From Dendrobates tinctorius (taxonomy: Eukaryota), in the NCBI RefSeq assembly GCF_039654945.1, contig NW_027361675.1, positions 58,342,001-58,406,000 of the forward strand: a DNA stretch of 64,000 nucleotides, in the 5' to 3' direction. Positions 1 to 12,167 of this stretch are shown one piece after another. Under the pieces are notes generated by a model that was given only the letters and a program-made list of their open reading frames with translations, was not told where the DNA came from and did not search any database. The translations under genes were made by a program, and so were the position numbers. Position 1 is the stretch's first letter. Each line of letters starts with the position of its first letter.

Positions 1-170
1 TCAACTAGTATGAAGCTTATTTGCATAGTAAAAACAGAATTTAAAAATGTTTTTTTTGACACACATAGTAATTTATGAATGTACACATGCTGGTCGTTTG
101 AGGGTATTTGGGACCTGTCAGGTTCCCTTTAATGATAGAAAAAAAGGATTATTGCCCCTTAAGTCACAGG

Positions 171-429
171 TAGTGATGAGCGAGTATACTCGTTGTTCGG
201 GTGTTCTCCGAGTATTTTGGCGTGCTCGGAGATTTGCAGCTACTAGACAGCCTGAATACATATGGGGAATGCCTGTTAGGGAATCCTCAGATGTATTCAG
301 GCTGTCTAGCAGCCGCAAATCATGCAGCTATGGCGACAGTAACTAAATCTCAGAGTACACCAAAATTCTCGGAGGACACCTGAGCATGCTCAGGAAAACC
401 CAAGCAATGAGTAAACTCGCTCATCACTA
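171..429. mobile_element. hAT-family MITE
   Basis: TIR TAGTGATGAGCGAGT...ACTCGCTCATCACTA; exact 8-bp TSD GTCACAGG (163-170, 430-437); internal palindrome. Confidence 0.92.
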
Positions 430-2418
430 GTCACAGGGTTGCAGTGAATAAAAAAAATTATATTAAGGGGTGGAATGGTAAAACCAACAGCCAAGAAAGT
501 TTGTGTCTGCAACAGAAATTCTGAACCTCATTTAAGGGGACCTTCCACTGGATTTTTTTTACTTAAATTCAATGCCTCCACCAACTGTTACTGCTCCTTT
601 GATTCAGAAAAAGTTTTTCAGTTTCTTCTGTGCCCCTCAGGTCCAAAGTTATGGTCCCCGATAATAAAATGTTTTCCTACAACGTACTGGACATATTTAA
701 CAGGAATGATATGTTGGCGTGATTGGCCAGCATCATAGGAAGAATAACAAACAAGTTCTCGGGTATACACCCAGTTGGTTGAAGAAAATATTTCCACCAG
801 TGTTACCGGGGGCATACCTTTGGAATTAAGTGGGAGAAAATAAAAATGTTATCAAAATCGGTGGAGTAGCAGAAATTGGAGGAAGTACTCAGTTTAAATA
901 AAAAAAATCCAGTTAAAGGTCCTTTTTATTTCAGGGGAAACCTTGAAACATTCACAATACCATTTGTGCCTTGGAATGGGTAACCACATGGATAGTGGTC
1001 ATAGGCAGAATGGATTATTCCCATCTCACCCATGGATGGCTTTTAACATCTACAAATAAAGAGGACATAGTATCCATGTACTTTATGTATATCTAGTCTA
1101 TAGATAAGGAGATCTATGTGTCTCCTTGGCAACAGACTACAATCAAAGCTTATGTAGTCTGGTATTGCAAGAATAATCTTATTCATCTGTCTCCTACTTC
1201 TTGCTAATTTACCAAATGTATATTTGAAAGAAGAATAAAACTAATAAAAAGGAGTATCACTCTGGGATCAAACCACATGGGATGTCTTAGTATTATGTTA
1301 CTATGGAGATGAATAGACCTAAATAGCAGCTATTAGCACAAAATGGAAAGAGATATTTAATGAAAACTAAACTAGAAGGCTAGACTTACCAGAGATGTAT
1401 CCATTTTTATTTTAGATGCATTTGAGCAATAGAAAGGTTTTTTGTAAAGGTGTAAGTCATGCCTATAATTTATGTTAGGTAATATTGTCAGGAATAGAGG
1501 TAGTGTAAATCTGAGGCTGTAATAAAATGTCTACATTTATTAAATATTGTTCAATTTCATTGTAAAAATTAATAACAATAATAACATTTCTATCACCTGG
1601 AAAATTAATTTACCCAATGGAAAATGCTGTGCTTTCACTTGTATTAATAACTGTGGTCAAAAGAGCAGAAAAGAGCTTTTAGTTTCAGAGCAAATGATCT
1701 CAAATATGAGGCAAAAGATTTCTAGCTTTCTTATTTCCAATAGAGCAAATAAAAGAAGAGATTAAATCTTGAAAATTACCATAGTTGCTAATATGTGTTG
1801 TTTTCCAGTAAAATGTAAACTGTATGAAGTGACCTAATAATAAGCATGCTTTTGCAATTAAAGACTTTAATCGCTGCACAATGCTTTATTTAGCCTTTCC
1901 TGCATTTTATCTAAATTACAGAACAGCTTGCAATTAAGAAATCATTAAAACTAATAAATATCGTCTACAGTTACAGGAGTTTCTCAAACATTTATTAAAG
2001 CTTTCAGTTGGTGCTATTCCTAAATCTTCAAGTGTATCACTTTTGTGGATCCTTCCTCTTCAAAGACATTTATACTGTAGGCCTCACCTTCATAAACGAA
2101 TCATCCTAGCCTGCTTTTGAAAGATTTTGCCAGTAAAATCATGACTTTTGGCAAGTACAGACCAGTGAAGCTATTAGCCCAGTCATGATCCCTTTATAAA
2201 AGTGTGGATGATATACCGTACATTACATTTTCCTCCCTTCCGTCCTTCTTTCACACTAAAAATATAGATTTAGTCAATGTGGATGCTGCGTTGATCACAA
2301 GACTTTATTAAAGATAAATTTTCCTTTAAAAACAACCAGATCATTCTGTGTTTTGGGTAAGATAAAGTAAGTACTGTATATCAGAATTTCCAGATGTATA
2401 TACAAGGTGTGTTCTTTA

Positions 2419-3091
2419 GGGCCCCGTCACACATAGCGACTCACCAGCAATCCCGGCAATGATATCAACGTGTCAGGATCGCTGGTGAGTCGCTACATGA
2501 TCACTGGTGAGCTGTCAAACAGACAGCTTCACCAGCGATCAGCACCAGCGACGCCGAGAGCGCGGCGTCGCTGTGTACTTTAGTTACCAGCGCGCTGATG
2601 CAGGGAGCTGGTAACTAAGGTACACATCGGGTTTCTAAGGGGCGTGTGTCACTTAGAAACCCGATGTGTACCTTAATTACCAGCTACCTGCATCAGCGCG
2701 CTGGTAACTAAGGTACACACCAGGTTTCTAGGCGCTGCGCGCCCCTTAGAAACCCGATGTGTACCTTAGTTACCAGCTCCTTGCATCAGCGTGCTGGTAA
2801 CTAAGGTACACATCGGGTTTCTAGCTGCTACGCGCCCCTTAGAAACCCTGTGTTTACCCTAGTTACCAGCTCCTGCTCGCTGGTCGCTGGTCTCCCGCCT
2901 GCTGGCCAGCAGGAGACCAGCGACCTCAAAAATGTCCAGAGGTTTCCACAGCGATCAGCGATACCTGGCAGGGGGGCCGGTCACTGATAGCTATCACACA
3001 CAGCGATCTCGCTGGTGAGATCGCTGTTGCGTCACAAAACTTGTGACTCAGCAGCGATCTCGCTAGCGAGATCGCTATGTGTGACGGGGCT
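2419..3091. mobile_element. PIF/Harbinger-type MITE with internal palindromic repeat array
   Basis: TIR core GCCCCGTCACACATAGCGA at both ends, TTA/TAA flanks; related to 25093-25552 and 62135-62541. Confidence 0.8.
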
Positions 3092-3190
3092 TAAGAGCAT
3101 TGAGATTGCATAACTCCATATCATTGGAGATGTGATAGCAATTTCAATGAAATAGTGTAAGAGGAGCCTGGTTGTAGGAAATTTTCCCAA

Positions 3191-3406
3191 GGGCTCATAC
3201 TCACTTGTGAGAGACTAGCACAATTCTCGTGCGAGTCTCTCGCATGAAAACCAGGCACAGCCACCGGTGCTCAGACCAGAGCGTGCGCTTACATGTATTT
3301 CTATGCAGCCGCATGCTTCAGTCCGAGTGCCGGTGACAGTGCCAGGTTTTCATGCGAGAGATTCGCACGAGAATCGTGCGAATCCCTCACAAGTGAGTAT
3401 GAGCCC
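3191..3406. mobile_element. PIF/Harbinger-type MITE (palindromic)
   Basis: TIR GGGCTCATACTCACTTGTGAG...CTCACAAGTGAGTATGAGCCC; followed by TTA. Confidence 0.8.
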
Positions 3407-3615
3407 TTAGGGTGCTTTCACACTGTGCTTTGTCCCACATTCATTTGTTCCGACGGGGCTTCTGCATATGAGCCTACGGGGCCTTTGACAATAATTGTGC
3501 CTATAGGGTCAACATATGCTCTGACGTGCATAATTTTCGGGCATATATGCCCACTGGAGGCAGATACTCAGATGTAGTCTACTATGTATGAGTGTCTGCC
3601 TCCAATAGGCATATA

Positions 3616-5221
3616 CAGTGGGGCAAAAAAGTATTTAGTCAGTCAGCAATAGTGCAAGTTCCACCACTTAAAAAGATGAGAGGCGTCTGTAATTTACATC
3701 ATAGGTAGACCTCAACTATGGGAGACAAACTGAGAAAAAAAAATCCAGAAAATCACATTGTCTGTTTTTTTTTCATTTTATTTGCATATTATGGTGGAAA
3801 ATAAGTATTTGGTCAGAAACAAGCAATCAAGATTTCTGGCTCTCACAGACCTGTAACTTCTTCTTTAAGAGTCTCCTCTTTCCTCCACTCATTACCTGTA
3901 GTAATGGCACCTGTTTAAACTTGTTATCAGTATAAAAAGACACCTGTGCACACCCTCAAACAGTCTGACTCCAAACTCCACTATGGTGAAGACCAAAGAG
4001 CTGTCAAAGGACACCAGAAACAAAATTGTAGCCCTGCACCAGGCTGGGAAGACTGAATCTGCAATAGCCAACCAGCTTGGAGTGAAGAAATCAACTGTGG
4101 GAGCAATAATTAGAAAATGGAAGACATACAAGACCACTGATAATCTCCCTCGATCTGGTGCTCCACGCAAAATCCCACCCCGTGGGGTCAGAATGATCAC
4201 AAGAACGGTGAGCAAAAATCCCAGAACCACGCGGGGGGACCTAGTGAATGAACTGCAGAGAGCTGGGACCAATGTAACAAGGCCTACCATAAGTAACACA
4301 CTACGCCACCATGGACTCAGATCCTGCAGTGCCAGACGTGTCCCACTGCTTAAGCCTGCACATGTCCGGGCCCGTCTGAAGTTTGCTAGAGAGCATTTGG
4401 ATGATCCAGAGGAGTTTTGGGAGAATATCCTATGGTCTGATGAAACCAAACTGGAACTGTTTGGTAGAAACACAACTTGTCGTGTTTGGAGGAAAATGAA
4501 TACTGAGTTGCATCCATCAAACACCATACCTACTGTAAAGCATGGTGGTGGAAACATCATGCTTTGGGGCTGTTTCTCTGCAAAGGGGCCAGGACGACTG
4601 ATCCGGGTACATGAAAGAATGAATGGGGCCATGTATCGTGAGATTTTGAGTGCAAACCTCCTTCCATCAGCAAGGGCATTGAAGATGAAACGTGGCTGGG
4701 TCTTTCAACATGACAATGATCCAAAGCACACCGCCAGGGCAACGAAGGAGTGGCTTCGTAAGAAGCATTTCAAGGTCCTGGAGTGGCCTAGCCAGTCTCC
4801 AGATCTCAACCCTATAGAAAACCTTTGGAGGGAGTTGAAAGTCTGTGTTGCCAAGCGAAAAGCCAAAAACATCACTGCTCTAGAGGAGATCTGCATGGAG
4901 GAATGGGCCAACATACCAACAACAGTGTGTGGCAACCTTGTGAAGACTTACAGAAAACGTTTGACCTCTGTCATTGCCAACAAAGGATATATCACAAAGT
5001 ATTGAGATGAAATTTTGTTTCTGACCAAATACTTATTTTCCACCATAATATGCAAATAAAATGAAAAAAAAACAGACAATGTGATTTTCTGGATTTTTTT
5101 TTCTCAGTTTGTCTCCCATAGTTGAGGTCTACCTATGATGTAAATTACAGACGCCTCTCATCTTTTTAAGTGGTGGAACTTGCACTATTGCTGACTGACT
5201 AAATACTTTTTTGCCCCACTG
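3616..5221 (+). mobile_element. Full-length Tc1-family DNA transposon (IR/DR type)
   Basis: TA on both sides; ~207-bp TIRs beginning CAGTGGGGCAAAAAAGTATTTAGTCA, identical by eye including homopolymer lengths; inner DR GGAAAATAAGTATTTGGTCA. Confidence 0.97.
3983..5005 (+). CDS. Tc1-like transposase, DD34E, intact 340 aa
   Basis: Paired-like HTH N-terminus, GAPRK linker, [14 protein letters not shown]-(34 aa)[11 protein letters not shown]; no stops or frameshifts. Confidence 0.97.
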   Translation: MVKTKELSKDTRNKIVALHQAGKTESAIANQLGVKKSTVGAIIRKWKTYKTTDNLPRSGAPRKIPPRGVRMITRTVSKNPRTTRGDLVNELQRAGTNVTRPTISNTLRHHGLRSCSARRVPLLKPAHVRARLKFAREHLDDPEEFWENILWSDETKLELFGRNTTCRVWRKMNTELHPSNTIPTVKHGGGNIMLWGCFSAKGPGRLIRVHERMNGAMYREILSANLLPSARALKMKRGWVFQHDNDPKHTARATKEWLRKKHFKVLEWPSQSPDLNPIENLWRELKVCVAKRKAKNITALEEICMEEWANIPTTVCGNLVKTYRKRLTSVIANKGYITKY

Positions 5222-6324
5222 TATACCCAAAAATTATGCACGTCAGAGCACATGTGTTGAGTCTGTGGCATCTTTACAATCAATGGCCCTGTTGGATCAT
5301 ATGTCTGACTTCCAATTTGTGGGGTTTCATAAGAAAGCCCTGACAGGACCACTGAGCGTGGGGATGAACGCAGTGTGAAAGGGGCCTAAAAGATGCAGAA
5401 AAATGTCCTCTGCCTAATAACATTAGTGTTTTCCTGCCTTTTGTCAAATAATACATTAAACTAGATAGACATTTTTCTATATAATTAAAAAACAATTAAG
5501 CTATAATTATTTCTCTTTTCCAATGAGCAACAAGTAAGTAAAGGTTTACAGTTATGTCTTTCTCTATCCCATGTAGAAATGAATGAAGCTGCTGAAACTA
5601 ATCAGAAGCACAACATACTTTTTTGCTATGCTAGATAAGAAACTTGAATGTACACTTGAATTTACCTACCAATATTACAAGAGATATTTCTAATGGATCC
5701 CCAGAGAAAGTGTATATTTTTACACAAGAAACATGTTGCAGTTTCATAAACAGAAGATTTAATCAATCAAAATGAGAGTAGCAATTTGGCAAGGACTTTG
5801 ATCCAGATTAAAAGTGTCTTAGGGTGGATGCATATGTAGCGTTTTCTGAGAAATGCACCATTTTATGCATTATATTTCCTAGCAATTTTCCTTTTTCCAT
5901 GTCAAAAAACCATGCAGCCTAATGTTTGCTGTAAGTCAAAAAGGAGTTTTTAAACACTCCATAATCAGAACAGCTTTTGCATTGTTTTTCTCCCTTTTGG
6001 TTTGTTTTTCACTCCATGGTGTTTATTACAAAACATTTTTATGTTTTATTTTTTTTTTACATCTTCTTCCATACAACAAATAAGAAATGTGTAAAAAAAA
6101 GTTGATCAAAATATCCTTGTGAAATACACTTGTATATTTTTTGCGATTTTGACCAGGCTAAACTCCCTGTAAAGAAAACTGTGCGTGACGGAAGCTTTTA
6201 AGTTTTAATTTGAGTAAAGGTATATGTTTCATTTAAAACTTCTGAAACAGTGAAGGCAATTTATGATCTACTATCCATTTAAACTCTAAACTAGGAAGTG
6301 AGTTGATCCTTGTAGTCCATTTTA

Positions 6325-6741
6325 GGCTAGTTTCACATTTGCGGATGGAGGGCTGCGGACTTCCTCCGTGAAGCTCCGCCCCCGCTGCACCTCCTCCAGT
6401 TAGCTCCGCCTATTTCTGCATGCAGCTTCATCCGGCCTGCGTATGCTATCTTTAACTTTGGGTACGCAGGCCGTGCCGCAGTATGCGAATGCCAACGCAT
6501 GTGTTGTTTTGACAGTGCGGTGCCCGCATAAATTCCAACATGATGCGTTCTGCGCGGGTCACCGCACCATCAAAACTATGTATGCGGCGGCATCCGCATA
6601 CTGCGGCATGGCATGCGTACCCAATGTTAAAGATAGGGTGCGCAGGCCGCTTGAAGTCGCATGCAGAAATAGGTGGAGTTAACCAGAGGTGCGGCGGGGG
6701 GCCGGGCTTCACAGAGGATATCCGCAAATGTCAGACCAGCC
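6325..6741. mobile_element. PIF/Harbinger-type MITE
   Basis: GGCTAGTTTCACATTTGCGG ... CCGCAAATGTCAGACCAGCC, TTA/TAA flanks, long internal inverted repeat. Confidence 0.75.
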
Positions 6742-7082
6742 TAACTATGTGTTATAGAAGGTGCATCCATGAACCATGAATAATGGATAGCCCATCTATT
6801 GGCAACAGATAGAATTCTTTGAGGCATCCATCACATATATTCTAATTTATATTTGAATAGCATGTTGTGTGTTAAATTCAGAAATGTCGAGATTAATATA
6901 TATGACAGTTTTGTCACATGTAGAATGCAGTATAGGGAGTTTACTGCTTATTAACTTTAATATAGGAATATGCATTATGCTCCTTTGCCTAGCATGTAAA
7001 ATAGTAACAGTATGATTTAAATCTATTTTGGGAATTTAGAGAACAAACTGCAAACAATTCAAATCCACAAAAATGTTTTTAA

Positions 7083-7488
7083 AGGGAATCTGTCATCAGA
7101 TTTTCACTACCTCATCTGAAAGCAGCAAGACATAGAGTAAGAGACCCTGATTCCAACGATGTATCACTTACTTTACTGGGTGCAGCGGCTCTGACACAAT
7201 CAGACTTCTTATATGTAACATGAAGCAGAGCTGAGAAAGCTAACCCCACCCACACCACAGCTCACTGTGCACATTGTCTATTAACATGGTATTACAGGAG
7301 GAGGCAGAGTCAGCCAGTAATCAAACACCAGCTAGTCATTCAAATGAAAGGCCCTAGTCATAAAATGTTCATTGTAAATAAACAACAGAACTCAGTATGA
7401 TTAGTGACACATCATTGAATTCTGTGTTTTAACGCCTACCTCATGTTGTCCTCAGATTACTAAGCAAAAATCTGTTGATAGATTCCCT
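7083..7488. mobile_element. T2/Kolobok-type MITE
   Basis: TTAA-AGGGAATCTGTCA...TGATAGATTCCCT-TTAA. Confidence 0.8.
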
Positions 7489-9914
7489 TTAAGAAATTAA
7501 AGCAAAATCTTTAACTTTTTGATAAAAAGCAAAATATTATTTGTAAGTCTTTTCAAAGTTGTTAAAAAAAGAGATCAAGGAGTGGGGAAGAATGTGACAA
7601 AATAATAAAAGAACCAATGTTTCAGTGTCACCACTTTGGCACTTCCTGTGAAATGACGATAAACCAATACTATACCATCTACTACTTATTAGCCAATCAC
7701 AGACTTCTGTGGCCTCATGTTACTTATCACTCAGGCAACTGTTGGCTGCAACAGTCACATGTAGTATACCGCATGTGATCACTGCAGCAAGGTGCACAAA
7801 GTCTAGCAGGTAGAGATGAGCGACTGCCTTTTTTCGGATCGAGTCGGGTTTCATGAAACCCGACTTTCGCAAAAGTCGAGTCGAACGCAATCGGCTGATT
7901 ATCGTGAAAAGTCGAAGGCCGACTGAAACACGAAACCCAATGCAAGTCAATGGGGAAGAAAAGTCGGCAGTTAGGGGAGGACAGGAAACACACCTACAGT
8001 GCCCATTTTAAATCCAAAAACATCAATTCTTATTACTTAAGCTTGTCAACCTTAATTTACTTTATAATAATAGTTAGGCATTGAAAACTGGGGGTTATTT
8101 GGCTAAAGTTGTGGGGGGTAGGGCTGGCTCCAGATTTTCGTGGGCCCAGGGCCAAGGAGTGTCACTGGGCTCCTTTAACACATGCCACAATTCATGATCC
8201 TCTGATACGGCAGAGAAATAGCGGTATAGTACAATGAAAAATACTTCACTTCTTACATCACATGACTGATATCCATTTTACATTCTCCAATAGCTCCAAA
8301 AATGAACAGTATATTACTCCATATAGTATTATGGCCCCCGCATAGTGCGCCATACAGAGTAATGAGGCCCATATATTTCTCCATACAGAATCATTGGTCC
8401 CATATAATGTTCGATACAGTATATGATGAGGTCCACATAATGCTACCTACAGTGTATGTTGGTCCCCATGGATGAAGCTCCGCTGTCTTATGGGCCCAAA
8501 TAATGCTCCATATATAATGGGCCCCATTTCTAATGTTCCAGTGTATAATGGGCCCTGTAAATGCTGCTCCAGTGTCTGATGTCCACCTTTGGAATGCTCC
8601 AGTGTATGGTGGGCCCCATATATCATTCTCGCAAGTATAGTGCTCCACAAAAATTGCTCCCAACCTTTAAAACAATTAAATAAGTCTCCTCGCTAGGGAA
8701 TCCCTGTACTCTGGACTCCTCGTCGTCCCCATCTTCCATCTCTCTGCACTTGGACTGTTTAGGCAGAGGGCGTACAGACGTGATGTCATCGCGCTCTCTG
8801 TCTGGTCACTGTCAGGAAACACGGAAGACTTCACGGCGGTGGAGCAGGGAGAGGTATTTCATCTTTGCAAGTGCTGTGATCCTGAGCAAGCAGGAGGGGC
8901 CCACTCATTGGCGATGGCACTGGCACAGGGCCCCTCATAGTATGGCAGTGTGTCTGACGGCGGGTGGCCCTCCCACCAGCAGAAACACTTTTGCGTACTA
9001 TGAAGGGCCCTGTGCCAGTGCCGTCACCCATGAGAATGCCCCCCCACCTCCTCAAGGAACCTGCACTTTCATCTGCACCTTCCTCTTTATCACCGTGTAA
9101 GGTGGTATAGTATGCGGGAAGGGGAAACTGAGCTTCATCAGGGTCAGATTCTGGCTGTGTAGAGTGCGAGGGTAATGTAGTGGTCAGAGTCAATGTACCA
9201 GCAGAATCATCTAGCAGTGGCTGGGCATCAGTGCACTTGTGGCACCCCCAGGAGAACGGTCGCCACAGTGGCATTACCTTCCTCCTAGGGCTTGTGATGT
9301 CATGCTTGGGAGCAATGAAGGATCTCTCTAGCAGTTAAACCAACACACAACACAGTTCCCACTCTAGGCCAGCAGGGAGAGCACTGAACCTGACTGCTGA
9401 GGAGCTGCTCTCTGTGGTCAGGAGGAGGGAAGTTAGGCCAGTCTGTGAAGGGAAGGGGAAGTGTGTGGATGTGAAAAGGGGAGCTGGAGGATGAGCAGAG
9501 TTAAGGCTCACTCCTAGCTGGAGCGCATGGTCTGGATTCCGGTCTCCGAGTTTGTAGGGACACTGACAGTCCTGCAGCAGAAACCGGAGGAAGTAACAGC
9601 TGTAAATGCTCTGTTCCGAACTAAGGCTCAGAGGCCCCAGCAGCGACGTGTGTGAGCCAGAAGGAAAAGGCTACGGCTGCCTGCCATACGAGAAAGTTCC
9701 AAAAGAGAGTCAGCAGGGGGAACTTCAGTGAACTCAGTACTGCAAGTACCTCAGATAAGCGCTAGAACGAAGGCCACACTACCTATCTGCAGAGAGAGAA
9801 TTCCTAATTTGCTTCCAGGCTGACCAACTCCTTCTCCATCTGTCAAATATTCAAAACAGAAAAAATTGCCTAGGAAACAGACAGCTTCAAAGATAAATCA
9901 TCCAAAACGAGCAA

Positions 9915-11200
9915 AACAGAGTATTTATTTACAACAACAAGGAACTGCAATGGGCGCGGCCTTCGCATCTGCTTATGCGAACCTTTTTATGGGTATGTGG
10001 GAGCGAGAAATCTTTCTCACCAAACCCATAGCATACATCGAGGGAGTCCTTTTCTGGGCCCGCTACATCGATGACATACTCATGGTATGGCAGGGCTCAG
10101 AGCAGGACCTCCTTGACTTTGTTGGGTTTCTAAATGATAATAAGCTAAACATTAGGCTTACTTGTAAGTATAGCCAGACGACTATTGACTTTCTTGATAT
10201 TAAAATTTCAAATCCTCCCAGTGGATTCTGGGAAACTAGCATTTTTCATAAAGAAACCTCAGTTAACTCGTTTCTGCATGCAACATCTTCCCATCCCCAA
10301 TCATTAATAAAGAGTATACCTAAGGGCCAATTCCTTAGAGCTAAACGAATCTGCTCTAATAGAAGAAATCTTGTTGAACAAGCGGATGATCTATCCCATA
10401 GGTTTCAGGAAAGGGGATACTCACGAAGATGCATTAAATTAAGAAAGGCCTACAGGCACCTGAAAAAGCTGATCGCAATGAACTTTTGAAACCACAATCT
10501 AAATCCGTACAAGAATCAAAGGTAAGATTTATTACCACCTACAGTACCAACTGGCGTGGTATGCAGAATATCTTGAAAAAATTTTGGCCTATTCTGCAGG
10601 AGGATACTGGTTTGGCTAAATACTTACTTGACTACCCGTCTATTACATATAGAAAGTCTCCTAACCTTAGAGATCACATTGTTCACAGTTATTATCCAGG
10701 ACTTCAACCTGAGAAGGCCTTCAGATCCAAAGGCCCTGTTTGGGGCTTTTTTCCCTGTATGGACTGTATCGCCTGCCCCAACATGATACCGGCCACTACG
10801 TTTCATTCCAGTAATGGTAAGATTTTCTCAATTACGCAGCATATTACTTGTAACTCTTTTGGAGTAGTCTATTATGCCTACTGCCCTTGTTCTAAAATCT
10901 ATGTAGGCCTAACATCGAGACCATTAAAAACTAGAATCAGGGAGCATTACCGTGACATCATTAGTGCCGCAGATATTCAGGATATCTCCTCCCTAAAGCC
11001 CCTACTGCGGCATTTTAAATTGGTGCACAATTGTAATGTGAGCCCTTTGAAGGCTTTCAGTATAGATAAAATACATATTGATGTTAGAGGTGGCAATTGG
11101 AGAAAGGCGCTTGCGCAGTTAGAGGCGCGATGGATTTCCAAATTGGATCTATGCAGCCAAATGGCCTCAATGAGGTCATTAGTTTCAACCCTTCCTTATA
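9915..11200 (+). pseudogene. Penelope reverse transcriptase + GIY-YIG endonuclease, truncated and frameshifted
   Basis: QGTAMGAAFASAYANLFM, RYIDD, IDFLDI, SIPKGQFLR; frameshift ~10440-10490; Cys cluster PCMDCIAC; VVYYAYCPCSKIYVGLTSRPLKTRIREH. Confidence 0.92.
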
Positions 11201-12131
11201 GTTCTGCTTTATCCTTTTCTCTTTTTTTACTTTATTATATATATTTTAACTTTGTTTTTATTTTTATTTCTATAGATGGTTCCCAGTGTAACTAAGGTGG
11301 TGCTGTTTTGCCCTCGCTTCCATGTCAAGCTTGATATGATGTCCCATGCATTCTGTTTTTGGCCGCTTCATCTGGAAGGATTTCCTTTTATGGATATTGA
11401 ACCTTATATATATAAATTTTTTAGGGGTTTGGGAGTCTTCTCTATTGCCATTTATATGTGGATGTTTCACATTTGTATAAATGAAGGGATTTCTTTTATG
11501 GATCCCCATATATGATTAATTTTGCATATTTTAAATGCACTGTTGTTTATATGTGGACTTTTTACATTCTTATAAATGAAGGGGTTCTCTCTTATGGATC
11601 CCCATATATGATTAATGCATTTTCTTATAATGCATTATTATTGCACTATCTATTATATTGTTATTTTATATGTATATATATATATTAATATTTATATGCT
11701 TATTCATTCTTCCACATATGCTTTACCTTTTCACACATGCTCTGTTCCCCCCTTTCCTTCCCTCACAAACTCCCACTATGCACGTCTATTTCATTCCATT
11801 GTTCTTTTAATTTTAACAGCAGGACGCGCTTGTCTGTGATTTGGCCTCCGTGCCGTCATGGCGACGCGTCTTCATGCTGCTGCTTACTTCATCTTTAACA
11901 GCAGGACTTGCTCCGTTTGTGATCTGGCCCCCTCGTCGTCATGGCGACGCGTCTCCATGCTGCCGCTTCCTCCTTCCTGCTCTGACACGTCGAGCTGGAG
12001 GGAGGCGCGGTTTTGCATGACGCCGACCTGTGGCGGCTCAGGCCCGGACCGCCCACCGGAAGCGTCCTTTAGCACCTGCTATCCACATTAAATCACTATA
12101 TAAAAGAGCGACAAAACAGCCCCACAACACG

Positions 12132-12167
12132 CCTCTTGATAAAGCTACCACGAAACACGCGTCGGGG
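12132..12167 (+). ncRNA. Degenerate minimal type I hammerhead ribozyme motif
   Basis: CCTCTTGATAAAGCTACCACGAAACACGCGTCGGGG resembles the PLE pattern CTGANGA..GAAA-palindrome-TC; the core is mutated (TTGATAA). Confidence 0.6.

Larger units (their letters stand above)
3410..5386. mobile_element. PIF/Harbinger-type MITE split by the Tc1 insertion
   Basis: Ends GGGTGCTTTCACACTG / CAGTGTGAAAGGGGCC with TTA/TAA flanks; the internal inverted repeat (GACGTGCATAATTTT / AAAATTATGCACGTC) spans the Tc1. Confidence 0.75.

Noticed and set aside
618-820. 65-aa minus-strand ORF with an acceptor-like upstream sequence (possible host exon)
   Set aside because: No recognisable protein family, no partner exons, and an equally good acceptor on the opposite strand; it may be decayed repeat. 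Needs BLASTX or RNA-seq.
3892-4632. 246-aa antisense ORF
   Set aside because: Shadow ORF of the Tc1 transposase.
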